A stretch of DNA of 64,000 bases. Origin: Alphaproteobacteria bacterium (GTDB lineage: Bacteria > Pseudomonadota > Alphaproteobacteria > Bin95). Location of the stretch: the NCBI GenBank assembly GCA_964291285.2, contig OZ219786.1:1152001-1216000 (forward strand), given 5' to 3'. Numbering within the stretch: position 1 is the first letter of the stretch; every line of letters begins with the position of its first letter. Below are positions 1 to 10,313 of the stretch, one piece after another. Under the pieces are notes generated by a model. That model saw only the letters and a list, made by a program, of their open reading frames with translations, ran no database searches and was not told the origin of the DNA. A program made the translations under genes and the position numbers.

Positions 1-386
1 GCGTGGCCGTGGTCTCGATCCGCAAGGCCTATCCCGGCCACGCCAAGCGGGTCATGTTCGGCGTCTGGTCCTATCTGCGCCAGTTCATGTACACCAAGTG
101 GGTGATCGTCGTGGACGACGACATCGACGCGCGCGACTGGAAGGACGTCGTCTGGGCCGTTTCCACCCGCATGGACCCCGCCCGCGACATAGTGCTCGTC
201 GAGAACACGCCCATCGACTATCTCGACTTCGCCAGCCCCGAGAGCGGCCTCGGCTCCAAGATCGGCCTCGACGCCACCGACAAGTGGCCGCCCGAGACCC
301 GGCGCGAATGGGGCCGCAGGCTCGCCATGAGCGAGGAGGTCAGCGCGCGCATTGCCGCGAGGTGGGAGGAGTTCGGGCTGGATTGA
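1..386 (+). CDS. ubiD: UbiD family decarboxylase, C-terminal part (5' end outside window)
   Basis: [34 protein letters not shown] and [21 protein letters not shown] match the UbiD C-terminus. Confidence 0.9.
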   Translation, partial: VAVVSIRKAYPGHAKRVMFGVWSYLRQFMYTKWVIVVDDDIDARDWKDVVWAVSTRMDPARDIVLVENTPIDYLDFASPESGLGSKIGLDATDKWPPETRREWGRRLAMSEEVSARIAARWEEFGLD

Positions 387-430
387 GCGGCCCGGCGGCG
401 CTAATTAGCCGTTCCTGGGCCGGGCCCTGT

Positions 431-517
431 GCCTCTGTGGCGGAATCGGTAGACGCGGCAGACTCAAAATCTGTTGCCCGCAAGGGCGTGGGAGTTCGAG
501 TCTCCCCGGGGGCACCA
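431..517 (+). tRNA. tRNA-Leu (CAA)
   Basis: Cloverleaf: anticodon arm gcaga-ctCAAaa-tctgt, long variable arm, GTTCGAG T-loop, encoded CCA. Confidence 0.95.
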
Positions 518-573
518 TTCTTCCCGCTCAGGCCCGGCCACGACTCGACCGTTGTCCCTGGGAGCTGTCTCGC

Positions 574-1338
574 ATGAAACCCGTTTGCCTCGTCATCGGC
601 GCCGGCGCCGGAATCGGAGGAACCGTCGGAAGCCGCTTCGCAAGGGAGGGCTATCACGCCGTCCTTTGCCGCCGCAGCGACGAGGAGGGCCTGAACCGGC
701 TGGTCGAGGGCATCCGCGGCGAAGGCGGCGATGCCACCGGCTACCTGCTCAACGCCGTCGAGCCCGACAGCATCGAGGACCGGGTCGCCGCCGTGGAGGC
801 GGATATCGGGCCCGTCCAGGTGGTCCTCTACAATCTCGGCTCGCAGGTCGGCAACCGGAGCCTGGAGGCGACCAGCTACAAGGTCTTCGAGCTGGGCTGG
901 CGCATGGCGACCTTCGGCCTGTTCCGCACGGCCTCGGCCGTCTGCCCCCGCATGGTCGAACGCGGCGGCGGCGCCATCCTCGTCACCTCATCGACGGCGG
1001 CGGTGCGCGGCAACAAAGGCCAGCATTCGCATGCGGCCTCCATGGCGGGCCGGCGCATGCTGTGCCAGACGCTGAACGCCGAGTTCGGGCCGAGCGGCGT
1101 CCATATCGTCCATATCCTGATCGACGGCGCGGTCGATGCCCCGGACACGCTCGGCAAGATGCTCGGGCCCGAGAAATACCGGGCGCTGCGCGAGACCCGC
1201 GGCATGGAGCATGACGGCCTCATGCTGCCCGAGAAGATTGCGGACACCTATGTCCACCTCGCGCACCAGCACCGTTCCACCTGGACGAACGAAATCGACC
1301 TGCGCTCCTTCAACGACATGCCGTGGTGGAACACTTAG
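574..1338 (+). CDS. Short-chain dehydrogenase/reductase (SDR) family oxidoreductase
   Basis: Rossmann GAGAGIG motif; GVHIVHILIDGAVD typical of this SDR subgroup. Confidence 0.85.
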   Translation: MKPVCLVIGAGAGIGGTVGSRFAREGYHAVLCRRSDEEGLNRLVEGIRGEGGDATGYLLNAVEPDSIEDRVAAVEADIGPVQVVLYNLGSQVGNRSLEATSYKVFELGWRMATFGLFRTASAVCPRMVERGGGAILVTSSTAAVRGNKGQHSHAASMAGRRMLCQTLNAEFGPSGVHIVHILIDGAVDAPDTLGKMLGPEKYRALRETRGMEHDGLMLPEKIADTYVHLAHQHRSTWTNEIDLRSFNDMPWWNT

Positions 1339-1349
1339 CCTGAGCCTGT

Positions 1350-2054
1350 TCACGCCGCATAGGCGCAGTCGCGGAGCCTCGGCGCCGCATCGTCGCTGTT
1401 CAACTCCGACGCGATTGCAACATCGTCCTCGAATCCCCTGCCGGCCAGCTCCTTGCCTGAAACGCTGTTCCGGAGCGCTTCCGGAAGATGCGCCCTTGCG
1501 CTCTCGAAGACGCTGACTGCGGCAGCCGCCTCGGGCGACATCACGCCGTCGAGATGAGCCAGGATGGCCCCGGCGCCGATATGGTCTTCCAGGGACGGCC
1601 GCAGGGCACCGTTCGGCCAGCGCTCCCCGCATGCGATTACAGTGACGCAAGGACCGCAGGACTGCGCCGCTCGAGAGACTGCGGCTGCGTTGCGAAGACA
1701 TCCGGCGAAGGTGGGCGTCGCGCCGGTGACGAGCGAAAGGGTCGCGCCGTTGGGAGACGGCAGCACGATGCGGCTGCCCTCGGGCAAGCCCGTCAACGAC
1801 CCGGGCGAGAGCGAGTATCCGGCCTCGCGCCGCGGGCCCGCAAGCAGGGCGCCCAGGGACATGGCGTATTCGGCGGCGGTGTCGTCGGCCCATCGGTAGG
1901 GGAACACCGTTGCCCCTCTTGCCGCCGCTACGACGACGGCGGTCGAAAAGGAGAGCACATCCACGATCACGACGGCGTCGCTTCCGGGAGCGAGACTGGC
2001 AACTCCCTGCGGACCCCATTCGAACCGAAGCTGGAACTCGCGCTGGCCCTGCAT
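1350..2054 (-). CDS. 2-phosphosulfolactate phosphatase (ComB family)
   Basis: VVIVDVLSFST, LPSPNG, GCLRNA, IACGERW and LED motifs; start taken at ATG 2054. Confidence 0.8.
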   Translation of the reverse strand: MQGQREFQLRFEWGPQGVASLAPGSDAVVIVDVLSFSTAVVVAAARGATVFPYRWADDTAAEYAMSLGALLAGPRREAGYSLSPGSLTGLPEGSRIVLPSPNGATLSLVTGATPTFAGCLRNAAAVSRAAQSCGPCVTVIACGERWPNGALRPSLEDHIGAGAILAHLDGVMSPEAAAAVSVFESARAHLPEALRNSVSGKELAGRGFEDDVAIASELNSDDAAPRLRDCAYAA

Positions 2055-2062
2055 CGCGCCGA

Positions 2063-3082
2063 TCACGCGTTCGCCGTGGAGACGCGGTCGAGCCGGTCCA
2101 GATGCACCCTTTTCGCCGGCTCGTCGAGGAATGAGGCTTCGATCGAATTCCGGGCGAGCGTTGCCATGTCCGCCGGCCCCAGGCCGAGCGCTTCGGCGAC
2201 CGCAACGAAATTGTCCAGCAGGTAGCCGCCGAAATAGGCCGGGTCGTCCGAGTTGACCGTGGCCTTGAGCCCGGCGTCCAGCATGCGCTTCAACGGATGT
2301 TGCCTGAGATCGGCCACGCCGCCGAGCCTGAGGTTGGAAAGCGGGCACACGGTAAGCGGAATGCCCAGCCCGGCAAGGCGGCGGACCAGGGCCGGGTCGT
2401 CGAGCGCGCGGTTGCCGTGGTCGATCCGGTCCACCCCCAGCCGGTCAACCGCCTCGGCGACATAGGATGCCGGCCCCTCCTCGCCGGCATGGGCGACGAG
2501 CCTGAGGCCCGCTTCCCGCGCCGCGGCGAAGAGGCGCTCGAACTTCGCGGGCGGATTGTCCCTCTCGGTCGAATCGAGGCCGAGGCCGGCGATCCGCCCG
2601 TCGGCGACATAGGGCTCGGCATCGCGAAAGGCGGCGAACCCGTCCTCTTCGTCCAGATGCCTGAGGACGCACATGATGAGCAGCGAGGTGATGCCGAGCC
2701 GCTCGCGCCCATTCGTGAGCGCGGCCAGGATGCCGTCCGCCGCGACCGCGAAGGGAACGCCGCGCCCGGTGTGGCCCTGGGGATCGAAGAACAGCTCGAC
2801 ATGCACCGCCCCGTCGGCGGCGGCGCGCTCCAGATAGGCCGCGGTGAGATCGTAAAAATCCTCTTCGGCGCGCAGCACGTCCATGCCCTGGTAGTAGATG
2901 TCCAGGAAGTCCTGCAACTCGGAGAAGCGATAGGCGGCCCGGATCTCCTCCACCGAGCGGAACGGGATGTCGACCCCGTTCCTGCGGGCCAGCCGCATCA
3001 TCAATTCCGGCTCGAGCGCGCCCTCCAGATGAAGGTGCAGCTCGGCCTTGGGCAGCGCCCGGACAAACGACCTCACATCCAT
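2063..3082 (-). CDS. add: Adenosine/adenine deaminase
   Basis: LPKAELHLHLEG, AHAGEE, RIDHG and NSDDPAYFGG motifs; start MDVRSF at 3082. Confidence 0.9.
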   Translation of the reverse strand: MDVRSFVRALPKAELHLHLEGALEPELMMRLARRNGVDIPFRSVEEIRAAYRFSELQDFLDIYYQGMDVLRAEEDFYDLTAAYLERAAADGAVHVELFFDPQGHTGRGVPFAVAADGILAALTNGRERLGITSLLIMCVLRHLDEEDGFAAFRDAEPYVADGRIAGLGLDSTERDNPPAKFERLFAAAREAGLRLVAHAGEEGPASYVAEAVDRLGVDRIDHGNRALDDPALVRRLAGLGIPLTVCPLSNLRLGGVADLRQHPLKRMLDAGLKATVNSDDPAYFGGYLLDNFVAVAEALGLGPADMATLARNSIEASFLDEPAKRVHLDRLDRVSTANA

Positions 3083-3149
3083 TCCGGCCTCCGTTGCGAT
3101 CCCTTGGCAGTTTGCGCCGGGACGGCAAGCGCACGATAGTCCCTTCCCT

Positions 3150-4643
3150 ATGGACGTGCCGAAAGAAGCCTCGATCGTCGACCTCGCCCGCCTGATGGCG
3201 TCAGGCGCGCTCACCTCGACCGGCCTTGTCGAGTCGTTCCGGCAGCGGATCGCAGCCGGGGACGGGCCCTTCCGGTCCATCGCCTTCCTCAATCCCGACG
3301 CCGAGCGGATCGCGCTGGAGCGCGACCGCGAGCGGGCCGCCGGCCGCGTGCGCGGCCCCATGCACGGCGTGCCGGTGCTGCTGAAGGACAATATCGCGAC
3401 CGGCGACGCCATGACGACCTCGGCCGGCTCGCTGGCGCTCGACGGGGTGAGAGTGGGGACGGACAGCCATGTCGCCCGGCGCCTGCGCGAGTCCGGCGCG
3501 GTGCTGCTCGGCAAGACCAATCTCAGCGAATGGGCCAATTTCCGTTCCACCCGCTCGTCCAGCGGCTGGTCGAGCCGGGGCGGCCAGGTCCGCAACGCCT
3601 ATGCGACCGACCGCTCGCCCGGCGGCTCCAGTTCCGGCTCCGGCGTGGCCGTCGCGCGCGATTTCGCGCCGGCCGCCATCGGCACGGAAACCGACGGCTC
3701 CATCGTCGGGCCTTCGGCAATGAACTCCGTCACCGGCATCAAGCCGACCCTGGGCCTGGTCTCCCGCACCGGAATCATTCCCATCGCGGCGAGCCAGGAC
3801 ACGGCGGGCCCGATGGCGCGCACGGTCGCCGACGCGGCGGTCCTGCTCGGCGCGCTGGCCGGTCCCGACCCGGACGACCCGGCCACCCGGCCGCCGCCGG
3901 AGGAGGAATTCACCCGTTTCCTCGACTCCGGCGCGCTGCGGGGGGCGAGGATCGGCGTCGTCCGCAATTATTGCGGCTTCCACGAAGCCGTGGACCGGGT
4001 ATTCGACGGCGCGCTCGAAGTGCTGGCGGATGCCGGCGCCGTCATCGTCGACGAGGTGGCCATGCCCTCGCGCGAGGCCATCCGGCCCCACGAAATCCTG
4101 GTGATGCGGACCGAGTTCAAGGTCGGGCTGAACGCCTGGCTCTCGGCGCTCGGGCCCGAATGCCCGGTCCATTCCCTCGCCGATCTGATCCGGTTCAATC
4201 TCGACAATGCCGACCGGGTCATGCCCTGGTTCGGGCAGGAACAGCTGATCGCTGCCGAGGAGACGGGCGGAGCGGATGATCCGGCCTATCTGAAGGCGCT
4301 CGCCGCATGCCGCTGCCTCACCCGGGAGAACGGCATCGACCGGGCCATCGGCGAGTTCCGGCTCGACGCCCTGGTCGCGCCGACCTCGCCTGTGCCCTGG
4401 GCCATCGACCTCGTGAACGGCGACAACCGGCTCGGCGGCAGTTCGGGCCTCGCCGCCGTCTCCGGCTATCCGAGCATCACCGTGCCCGCCGGCTATGTCG
4501 CCGGCCTGCCGGTCGGGCTTTCCTTCATCGCCGCCGCGTGGCGGGACGGGCCGCTGATCGGCTATGCCCATGCCTTCGAGCAGGCGGCCCGGGCCCGTGT
4601 TCCGCCCGGTCCGGCCCGCCCCTGGCAGCCCGGCTCCGCCTGA
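3150..4643 (+). CDS. Amidase-signature family amidase
   Basis: LLKDNI, GGSSSGS and GTETDGSI (Lys-cisSer-Ser triad). Confidence 0.9.
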   Translation: MDVPKEASIVDLARLMASGALTSTGLVESFRQRIAAGDGPFRSIAFLNPDAERIALERDRERAAGRVRGPMHGVPVLLKDNIATGDAMTTSAGSLALDGVRVGTDSHVARRLRESGAVLLGKTNLSEWANFRSTRSSSGWSSRGGQVRNAYATDRSPGGSSSGSGVAVARDFAPAAIGTETDGSIVGPSAMNSVTGIKPTLGLVSRTGIIPIAASQDTAGPMARTVADAAVLLGALAGPDPDDPATRPPPEEEFTRFLDSGALRGARIGVVRNYCGFHEAVDRVFDGALEVLADAGAVIVDEVAMPSREAIRPHEILVMRTEFKVGLNAWLSALGPECPVHSLADLIRFNLDNADRVMPWFGQEQLIAAEETGGADDPAYLKALAACRCLTRENGIDRAIGEFRLDALVAPTSPVPWAIDLVNGDNRLGGSSGLAAVSGYPSITVPAGYVAGLPVGLSFIAAAWRDGPLIGYAHAFEQAARARVPPGPARPWQPGSA

Positions 4644-4740
4644 CCGGGAGTGCACTCCCTCCGCCTCCCGGCCCGCAGGGCGTATGCTGGCCCGCCCGGC
4701 GCGGTATTCTGACTTCGGACCCGAGAGAGGATTTCACCAA

Positions 4741-5370
4741 ATGGGCAATGTCACGGTCGTCGATCATCCGCTGGTGCAGCACAAGCTGTCCCTCATGCGA
4801 CGGCGGGACACCGACACCGCCAAGTTCCGGGTGCTGCTGCGCGAGATCTCGCTCCTGCTCGGCTATGAGGTCACCCGCGACCTCGCGACCGAGACCCGCA
4901 GCATCCGGACGCCGCTCGCGGAGACCGGCGCGCCGTTCCTCACCGGCAAGAAGCTCGTCCTCATCTCCATCCTGAGAGCCGGGAACGGGCTGCTGGAAGG
5001 GTTGCTCGACCTCATCCCGTCGGCCCGCGTCGGGCATGTGGGACTCTACCGCGACCCGGAAACGCTGGTAGCCGTGGAATACTACTTCAAGGTGCCTGAA
5101 GACTTGGGCGACCGCCCGGTGATCGTTCTCGACCCCATGCTGGCGACGGGGAACTCGGCGGCGGCGGCCGTCTCCAGGCTCAAGGAGGCAAATGCGCGCG
5201 AGATCAAGATGCTGTGCCTGCTGGCGGCCCCGGAGGGCATCGAGGCGTTTCACGCCGCCCACCCCGAAGTGGCGGTCTTCACCGCCGCCGTCGATGAGCG
5301 GCTCGACGACCACGGCTATATCGTGCCGGGCCTCGGAGACGCCGGCGACAGGCTCTACGGCAACAAGTGA
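4741..5370 (+). CDS. upp: Uracil phosphoribosyltransferase
   Basis: [22 protein letters not shown] and [12 protein letters not shown]; RBS-like GAGG upstream. Confidence 0.95.
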   Translation: MGNVTVVDHPLVQHKLSLMRRRDTDTAKFRVLLREISLLLGYEVTRDLATETRSIRTPLAETGAPFLTGKKLVLISILRAGNGLLEGLLDLIPSARVGHVGLYRDPETLVAVEYYFKVPEDLGDRPVIVLDPMLATGNSAAAAVSRLKEANAREIKMLCLLAAPEGIEAFHAAHPEVAVFTAAVDERLDDHGYIVPGLGDAGDRLYGNK

Positions 5371-5427
5371 GCAGCCTGCAGGACCTTCCCGGCCGGCCCG
5401 CCTGAAACGCGCCGGCGCACCGCCGCA

Positions 5428-6621
5428 TCAGGACGCGCCCGCCCCCGCCGCGCCGCTGGCTATGGCGGCGTCGATCTCGCCTTCCTCCACGCCGGCCTCC
5501 GCCAGCACCTCGCGCGTGTCGGCGCCGAGTTCGGAGCCGCCGCGCCTGACGCTCGAGGGCGAGCCCTCGAAGCGGATGGCGGGCCGCGCCTGCCGGACCC
5601 GCCCGGCAAGCGGGTGGTCGTATTCCGTGAGCGTGCCGTTGGCCGCGACCTGGGGGTGTCGGACCATCTCTCCGCGGGTCAGCACCGGCGCCGAAGGCAC
5701 ATGGGCGGCGTCGAAGGCGGCCGTCCACTCCGCCGTGCTGCGCTTGCGCAGCTCCTCCTGCACCTGCTCCAGGCGCGCATCGATATTCTCGTCGCGCAGC
5801 GCCCCGGTGGCGAAACGCGGGTCCTTTGCGAGATCGTCGCGCCCGGTGACCTCGCAGAAACCCAGCCATTGCCGGTCGGTCATCAGCGAGACGCTCATAA
5901 AGCCGTCGGCGGTCTCGTAGATGAGGTCGATGAAGCTCGCCGCGCGCTGGATCGATGTCGGCGCGTCCACGAAGGTCTGCGAGCCCATGTCCGAGTTCCA
6001 GAGGAAGGCGACGACGGAGTCCAGCATGGAGACGCGCACATGCTGGCCCTCGCCGGTCGCCGCGCGGTGCAGCAGCGCGGCCGTCACCGCCTGGGCGGCG
6101 GTGAGCGCCGTCACCTTGTCCGGCAGGATGGTGCGCACCAGGCGGGGCCGCTCCTCGTCGGAGCCCGCCTGCACGGTGGTGAGGCCCGAGATCGCCTGCA
6201 CGATGGGGTCGTAGGTGGGCTTGGAAGCGAACGGTCCCTTCTCGCCGAAACCGCTGAGCGAGACATAGACGATGTCGGGCCTGACGGCGCGGATATCCGC
6301 CTCGCCGACGCCGAGCCGCTCCACCACGCCGGGACGGAAATTCTGGATGAACACGTCCGCCGTCGCGGCGAGCCGCTTCAGCAGCGCCACGCCCCCGGGC
6401 TGCTTGAGGTCGAGCACGATGGAGCGCTTGTTGCGGTTGTTGTTCAGGAACGCCGCCGAGAGGCCGCCCTGCCGGTTGCCGCCGCCGCGCGTCAGGTCCC
6501 CGCCCCGCGCCTCGACCTTGATGACGTCGGCGCCCTGGTCGCCGAGGATCTGGGTCGCCATCGGCCCCGAAATCACATTGGTGAGATCGACCACCCGAAA
6601 CCCCGACAACGGCCCGCTCAT
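5428..6621 (-). CDS. Family III CoA-transferase (CaiB/BaiF)
   Basis: GPLSGFRVVDL, GADVIKVE, NRNKRSIVLDLK and QNFRPG. Confidence 0.9.
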   Translation of the reverse strand: MSGPLSGFRVVDLTNVISGPMATQILGDQGADVIKVEARGGDLTRGGGNRQGGLSAAFLNNNRNKRSIVLDLKQPGGVALLKRLAATADVFIQNFRPGVVERLGVGEADIRAVRPDIVYVSLSGFGEKGPFASKPTYDPIVQAISGLTTVQAGSDEERPRLVRTILPDKVTALTAAQAVTAALLHRAATGEGQHVRVSMLDSVVAFLWNSDMGSQTFVDAPTSIQRAASFIDLIYETADGFMSVSLMTDRQWLGFCEVTGRDDLAKDPRFATGALRDENIDARLEQVQEELRKRSTAEWTAAFDAAHVPSAPVLTRGEMVRHPQVAANGTLTEYDHPLAGRVRQARPAIRFEGSPSSVRRGGSELGADTREVLAEAGVEEGEIDAAIASGAAGAGAS

Positions 6622-7664
6622 GGCACTCTGCCTCCCCGAATCCGGCGCAGACATTAGAGGCATTGCCCCATCGTTCCAAACCCGTGCCGGCCGCATCAGG
6701 GCGAGGCGGCCTTCGCCGGAGAACCGCCCCAACGGTAGAGCGGCGGTGCGGACCGCTGAGGCGGTCGGTCTTTCCACGCCCTTCAGGCGGCTTCGCGTTG
6801 CTCGGCCTGCCGCATGAATTCGATCAACAGGAAAAATACCAGTTCGACGATATTGGTGATCCTGAGAAGGCCGGACCGTTCCTCCCGGCTGAGTCCGGCG
6901 TTGTCCCGCAGATACATGTCCCGGACATCCCGCATGAACCCGCCCCGGTCGACGATCCGGGCCGCATAGAACGGGTGTTCCGCCGCGTCTCCGGCGGCCT
7001 GCGCTTCCTGGACGATGACGAGGAGCACCGCATCGAGTCCCTCGACGACGCTGCTCTTCAGCCCCGTCAGGCCGGAGCGGTCCGGCACCGAGTTCAACAT
7101 CTTGCACAGATCGACGACCTGTTCATCGAGCCAGACGAGGATTCTCTGCCGGACGAGCACCGAATTGAGATGCTCCGTCCACTCCGCGGGATGATGCGTT
7201 TTCGCTTCTTCCAGAAATTCCTCGATCTGCGATATCAGAAGACCGTTGGCCCGGTTCAACTCCGAGACTGCCTCGTTGCTGCGCACCGCGCCGAGATATT
7301 CGGACAGTCCCGCAAGAACGCGGTACTGCTCCAGTTCGGCAAGTATCAGCGCCATATCGAGATCGTTGAACGCCCGGTCGTGAATGTAGCGGGTCTGCGA
7401 CATCCGCTCCAGCCGGGTCATCGGCCAGAGCTTTTCGTACAGCCGCACCGCCGGGTCCAGCACCAGGAAAAGGAGGGCGGCCGGAATGATGTTGGTCAGG
7501 ACGATGAACAGTCCCATCTGCCGGCCGACCTCCATGTCGGTCGCCAGCAACGCCGCCTTCATCAACGGAATGTCCGAGTGGATTTCGACAAAATGAACCG
7601 GCATGAAAATCGCCAGGGACACGATGTTCACCAACACCTGATCTCGACTTTGTACAAAATTACC

Positions 7665-7952
7665 TCACGTCCATGTCCAGAAGATCTCGTTTTTGGCGAT
7701 TTCGTCGAGGGCCTGTTCGAGCGGGAGCACGATGCCCCCCATGTCTCCGACGTCCTGCCAGGACTGGCGCCAGGACCAGTAGCGCACCCTCATCTTGTCA
7801 CCTGAGCCTTTCGGCTGGAGCCTTGCGATCGGTGCCTGCGTGGCCGTGAGATACAGATTGTAGCCGCCGCGCACCCTGGTGACCGTCACGCCCCCGCCCC
7901 TGGATTTGTTGAACGCTTCGATGCGCGCCAGACAGGGGTCGGATGCGGCCAT
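7665..7952 (-). CDS. 95-aa passenger protein inside IS701, DUF3024-like
   Basis: ATG at 7952, divergent from the transposase; PIARL..YWSWRQSW..LDEI...IFW pattern resembles DUF3024 (by eye). Confidence 0.55.
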   Translation of the reverse strand: MAASDPCLARIEAFNKSRGGGVTVTRVRGGYNLYLTATQAPIARLQPKGSGDKMRVRYWSWRQSWQDVGDMGGIVLPLEQALDEIAKNEIFWTWT

Positions 7953-8037
7953 GAAGCAGTGATATCGGATTGGATGGCTTCTGTCGCTGCAGCGATGCTG
8001 ATTCACCCGGTCGCATGCGGGCGCCCTTGCATGCCGG

Positions 8038-9444
8038 ATGCTTCTGGATTCGAAGGTCGTCATGACACATTTCGACGACCCTTCGAGCGCCATCGGCGAT
8101 CCGGTTCCGCCGTTCCTGATCGACTGGCTGGAGCCCTTTCGAGGCGCCTTCTCATCCCCGACCTGGCGGCTGGTGGCGGTTCTGGTCATGGGAGCGTTGC
8201 TGGCGCCGGGCAAGAGAACCGTGTCGGCCTGCCTGCGGGTGACCGGGCGGGCGATGTGCGAGACATTCTCGTCCTACCATCAGGTTCTCAATCGCGCCCG
8301 CTGGGACCCGCGTGACCTTTCACGCCGGCTCGTGCTCGTGCTGGTGGCGCGGCTTGCCGGGCAGGGACCGATCATCATCGGGCTCGATGACACCATCGAG
8401 CGCCGCTGGGGCGCGCGTATCAAGGCGCGCGGCATCTATCGCGACCCGGTGCGTTCCAGCCATGGCCATTTCGTCAAGACCAGCGGGCTGCGCTGGCTCA
8501 GCTTCATGCTGCTTGTCCCGCTGCCCTGGTCGCCGGGCATCAGGGCCCTGCCCTTCCTGACCATCCTGGCCCCGTCCGAACGCTTCGCCGCCAGGCAAGG
8601 CCGGCGTCACAAGCAACTCACCGACTGGGCGCGACAGGGCATGCTTCAAATCCTTCGCTGGGTCCCGCAACGCGCGATCGTCTTCGTCGCCGACAGCAGT
8701 TTCGGAACCCACGAACTCGCCTGGCGCATCGGACAGCGCGCAACCCTCATCAGCAGGCTGAGGCTCGATGCCAACCTCTTCGCGCCCCCGCCGCCGCGCG
8801 ACCCGAACAAACGCGGTCGACCCCGGCAAAAGGGGCCGCCCCTGCCCAAGCTCCAGACCCGCCTTGACGACCCCGATGCCCGCTGGACAAGCATCACGCT
8901 TCCGCGCTGGTACGGAAGTTCGAAGGAAAAGACACTCCAGATCATCTCCGATACCGCGCTCTGGTATCGTCCCGGCACACCTCCCAAGGCCATCCGATGG
9001 GTGCTGGTGCGAGACCCGGAAGGCGAGCGGGACCCGCAGGCGTTCTTCTGCACCGACACCAACATGGAGCCGGCCAAGATCATCGCCACCTTCGTGCGGC
9101 GCTGGCAGGTCGAGGTCACCTTCCAGGAACTGCGCGCCCATCTCGGGCTCGAAACACAACGCCAGTGGTCACACGCGGCGATCGCACGAACCACCCCCGT
9201 CCTCTGCGGGCTCTACAGCCTCGTCTGCCTCTGGGCCACAGACGTGCTCTCGACAAACCACCTGTCCTACGCCGCCGCCTGGTACCAGAAAACCAGCGTC
9301 ACATTCTCCGATGCAATCGCGGCCATACGATGCCAACTCTGGCTTGGAAACAATTTATCGCGCTCCCCGCCACACCGGGAACCAAACATAATTCCGCCCG
9401 ACAAGATAAGGCGGATGCAGTACGCCCTCTGCTTCGCAGCATAA
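8038..9444 (+). CDS. IS701-family DDE transposase
   Basis: IGLDDT, VADSSF and RWQVEVTF motifs; true start may be ATG 8061. Confidence 0.9.
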   Translation: MLLDSKVVMTHFDDPSSAIGDPVPPFLIDWLEPFRGAFSSPTWRLVAVLVMGALLAPGKRTVSACLRVTGRAMCETFSSYHQVLNRARWDPRDLSRRLVLVLVARLAGQGPIIIGLDDTIERRWGARIKARGIYRDPVRSSHGHFVKTSGLRWLSFMLLVPLPWSPGIRALPFLTILAPSERFAARQGRRHKQLTDWARQGMLQILRWVPQRAIVFVADSSFGTHELAWRIGQRATLISRLRLDANLFAPPPPRDPNKRGRPRQKGPPLPKLQTRLDDPDARWTSITLPRWYGSSKEKTLQIISDTALWYRPGTPPKAIRWVLVRDPEGERDPQAFFCTDTNMEPAKIIATFVRRWQVEVTFQELRAHLGLETQRQWSHAAIARTTPVLCGLYSLVCLWATDVLSTNHLSYAAAWYQKTSVTFSDAIAAIRCQLWLGNNLSRSPPHREPNIIPPDKIRRMQYALCFAA

Positions 9445-10313
9445 TGCACAAAGTCGAGCTGATAGGCGGCGACCTGGCGCGACGCGCTCGTGAAATTCGC
9501 CGACAGCGCAAGAAGAAGAAAACTCGACCCGGTCCATGCGCCGTAGGCGATCATCAGCAGCTGGTCGACGGAAATGACGTCGATCGCGGTCATGCCGATT
9601 CCCAGGATGATGACCGGCATGACCGACTGCATGACGAAGGCGAGCAGGGCGGCGCCCGCGAAGGCAAACCACAGGGAATAGCTCATCCATTCCGCCAGAT
9701 CGCCGACCCAGACATGATCGGCGAAGGGGGCTGCGGCCTCCTTGGCGAGGAAGAGGCCGACAAAGACCGCCGCGAGCCCGAACAGCAATGTCGCATGATT
9801 GCGGTATCTGCCCGTCCATCCGCTTGCCATGGCCGCGCCGGCCGCTCCGAGGACGCACAGAGCGGCCACCTCCAGATCGAACGCCACGATCAGCACCAGG
9901 AGCGATGTGCCTATATTGCCGCCGAGGACGATGGAAAACGACCGGTCCGCGGAAATCAGCCCGGCCTGCCGCGCGCTGCCCGCAACGAAGGTCAGGGTGG
10001 TCATGCTCTGGACGACCGAACCCGCCAGCATGCCCCAGCCGAACGCCGCGAACCGGCCGGGAATCCAGCGGGTGGCGAGGATGCGAAGCCGATAGCCGGC
10101 CAGGACTTTCAGATTTTCGGACAACAGCCACATGCCGGCGAAAAAGAGGCCGAGTCCGCCCAGTATTCCCCCGACTCCGTCGACCATTGCCCCTCCAGGC
10201 CGATTATGGAAATTTCCTATACTGAAACTTCTTGATATTATTATATTCGACAGAGCCCCTGCCTGAAAGACCGGACGGTCACAAGCGGCCGGCTCCGTGC
10301 TATATGCCGCGCC

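Larger units (their letters stand above)
7643..9458 (+). mobile_element. IS701-family insertion sequence (1816 bp) with passenger ORF
   Basis: TIRs CTCGACTTTGTACA / TGCACAAAGTCGAG; 5-bp TSD CTGAT at 7638-7642 and 9459-9463. Confidence 0.9.
6783..10187 (-). pseudogene. Na/Pi cotransporter family gene split by an IS701 element
   Basis: N-half 9459-10187 (GGLGLFFAGM, QS motif, GGNIGTS) and C-half 6783-7642. Removing the IS and one CTGAT copy restores the frame ...AAYQ-VLVNIV. Confidence 0.85.

Noticed and set aside
431-517. tRNA-Leu as an integration site
   Set aside because: Flanked by ordinary metabolic genes; no integrase or duplicated 3' end nearby
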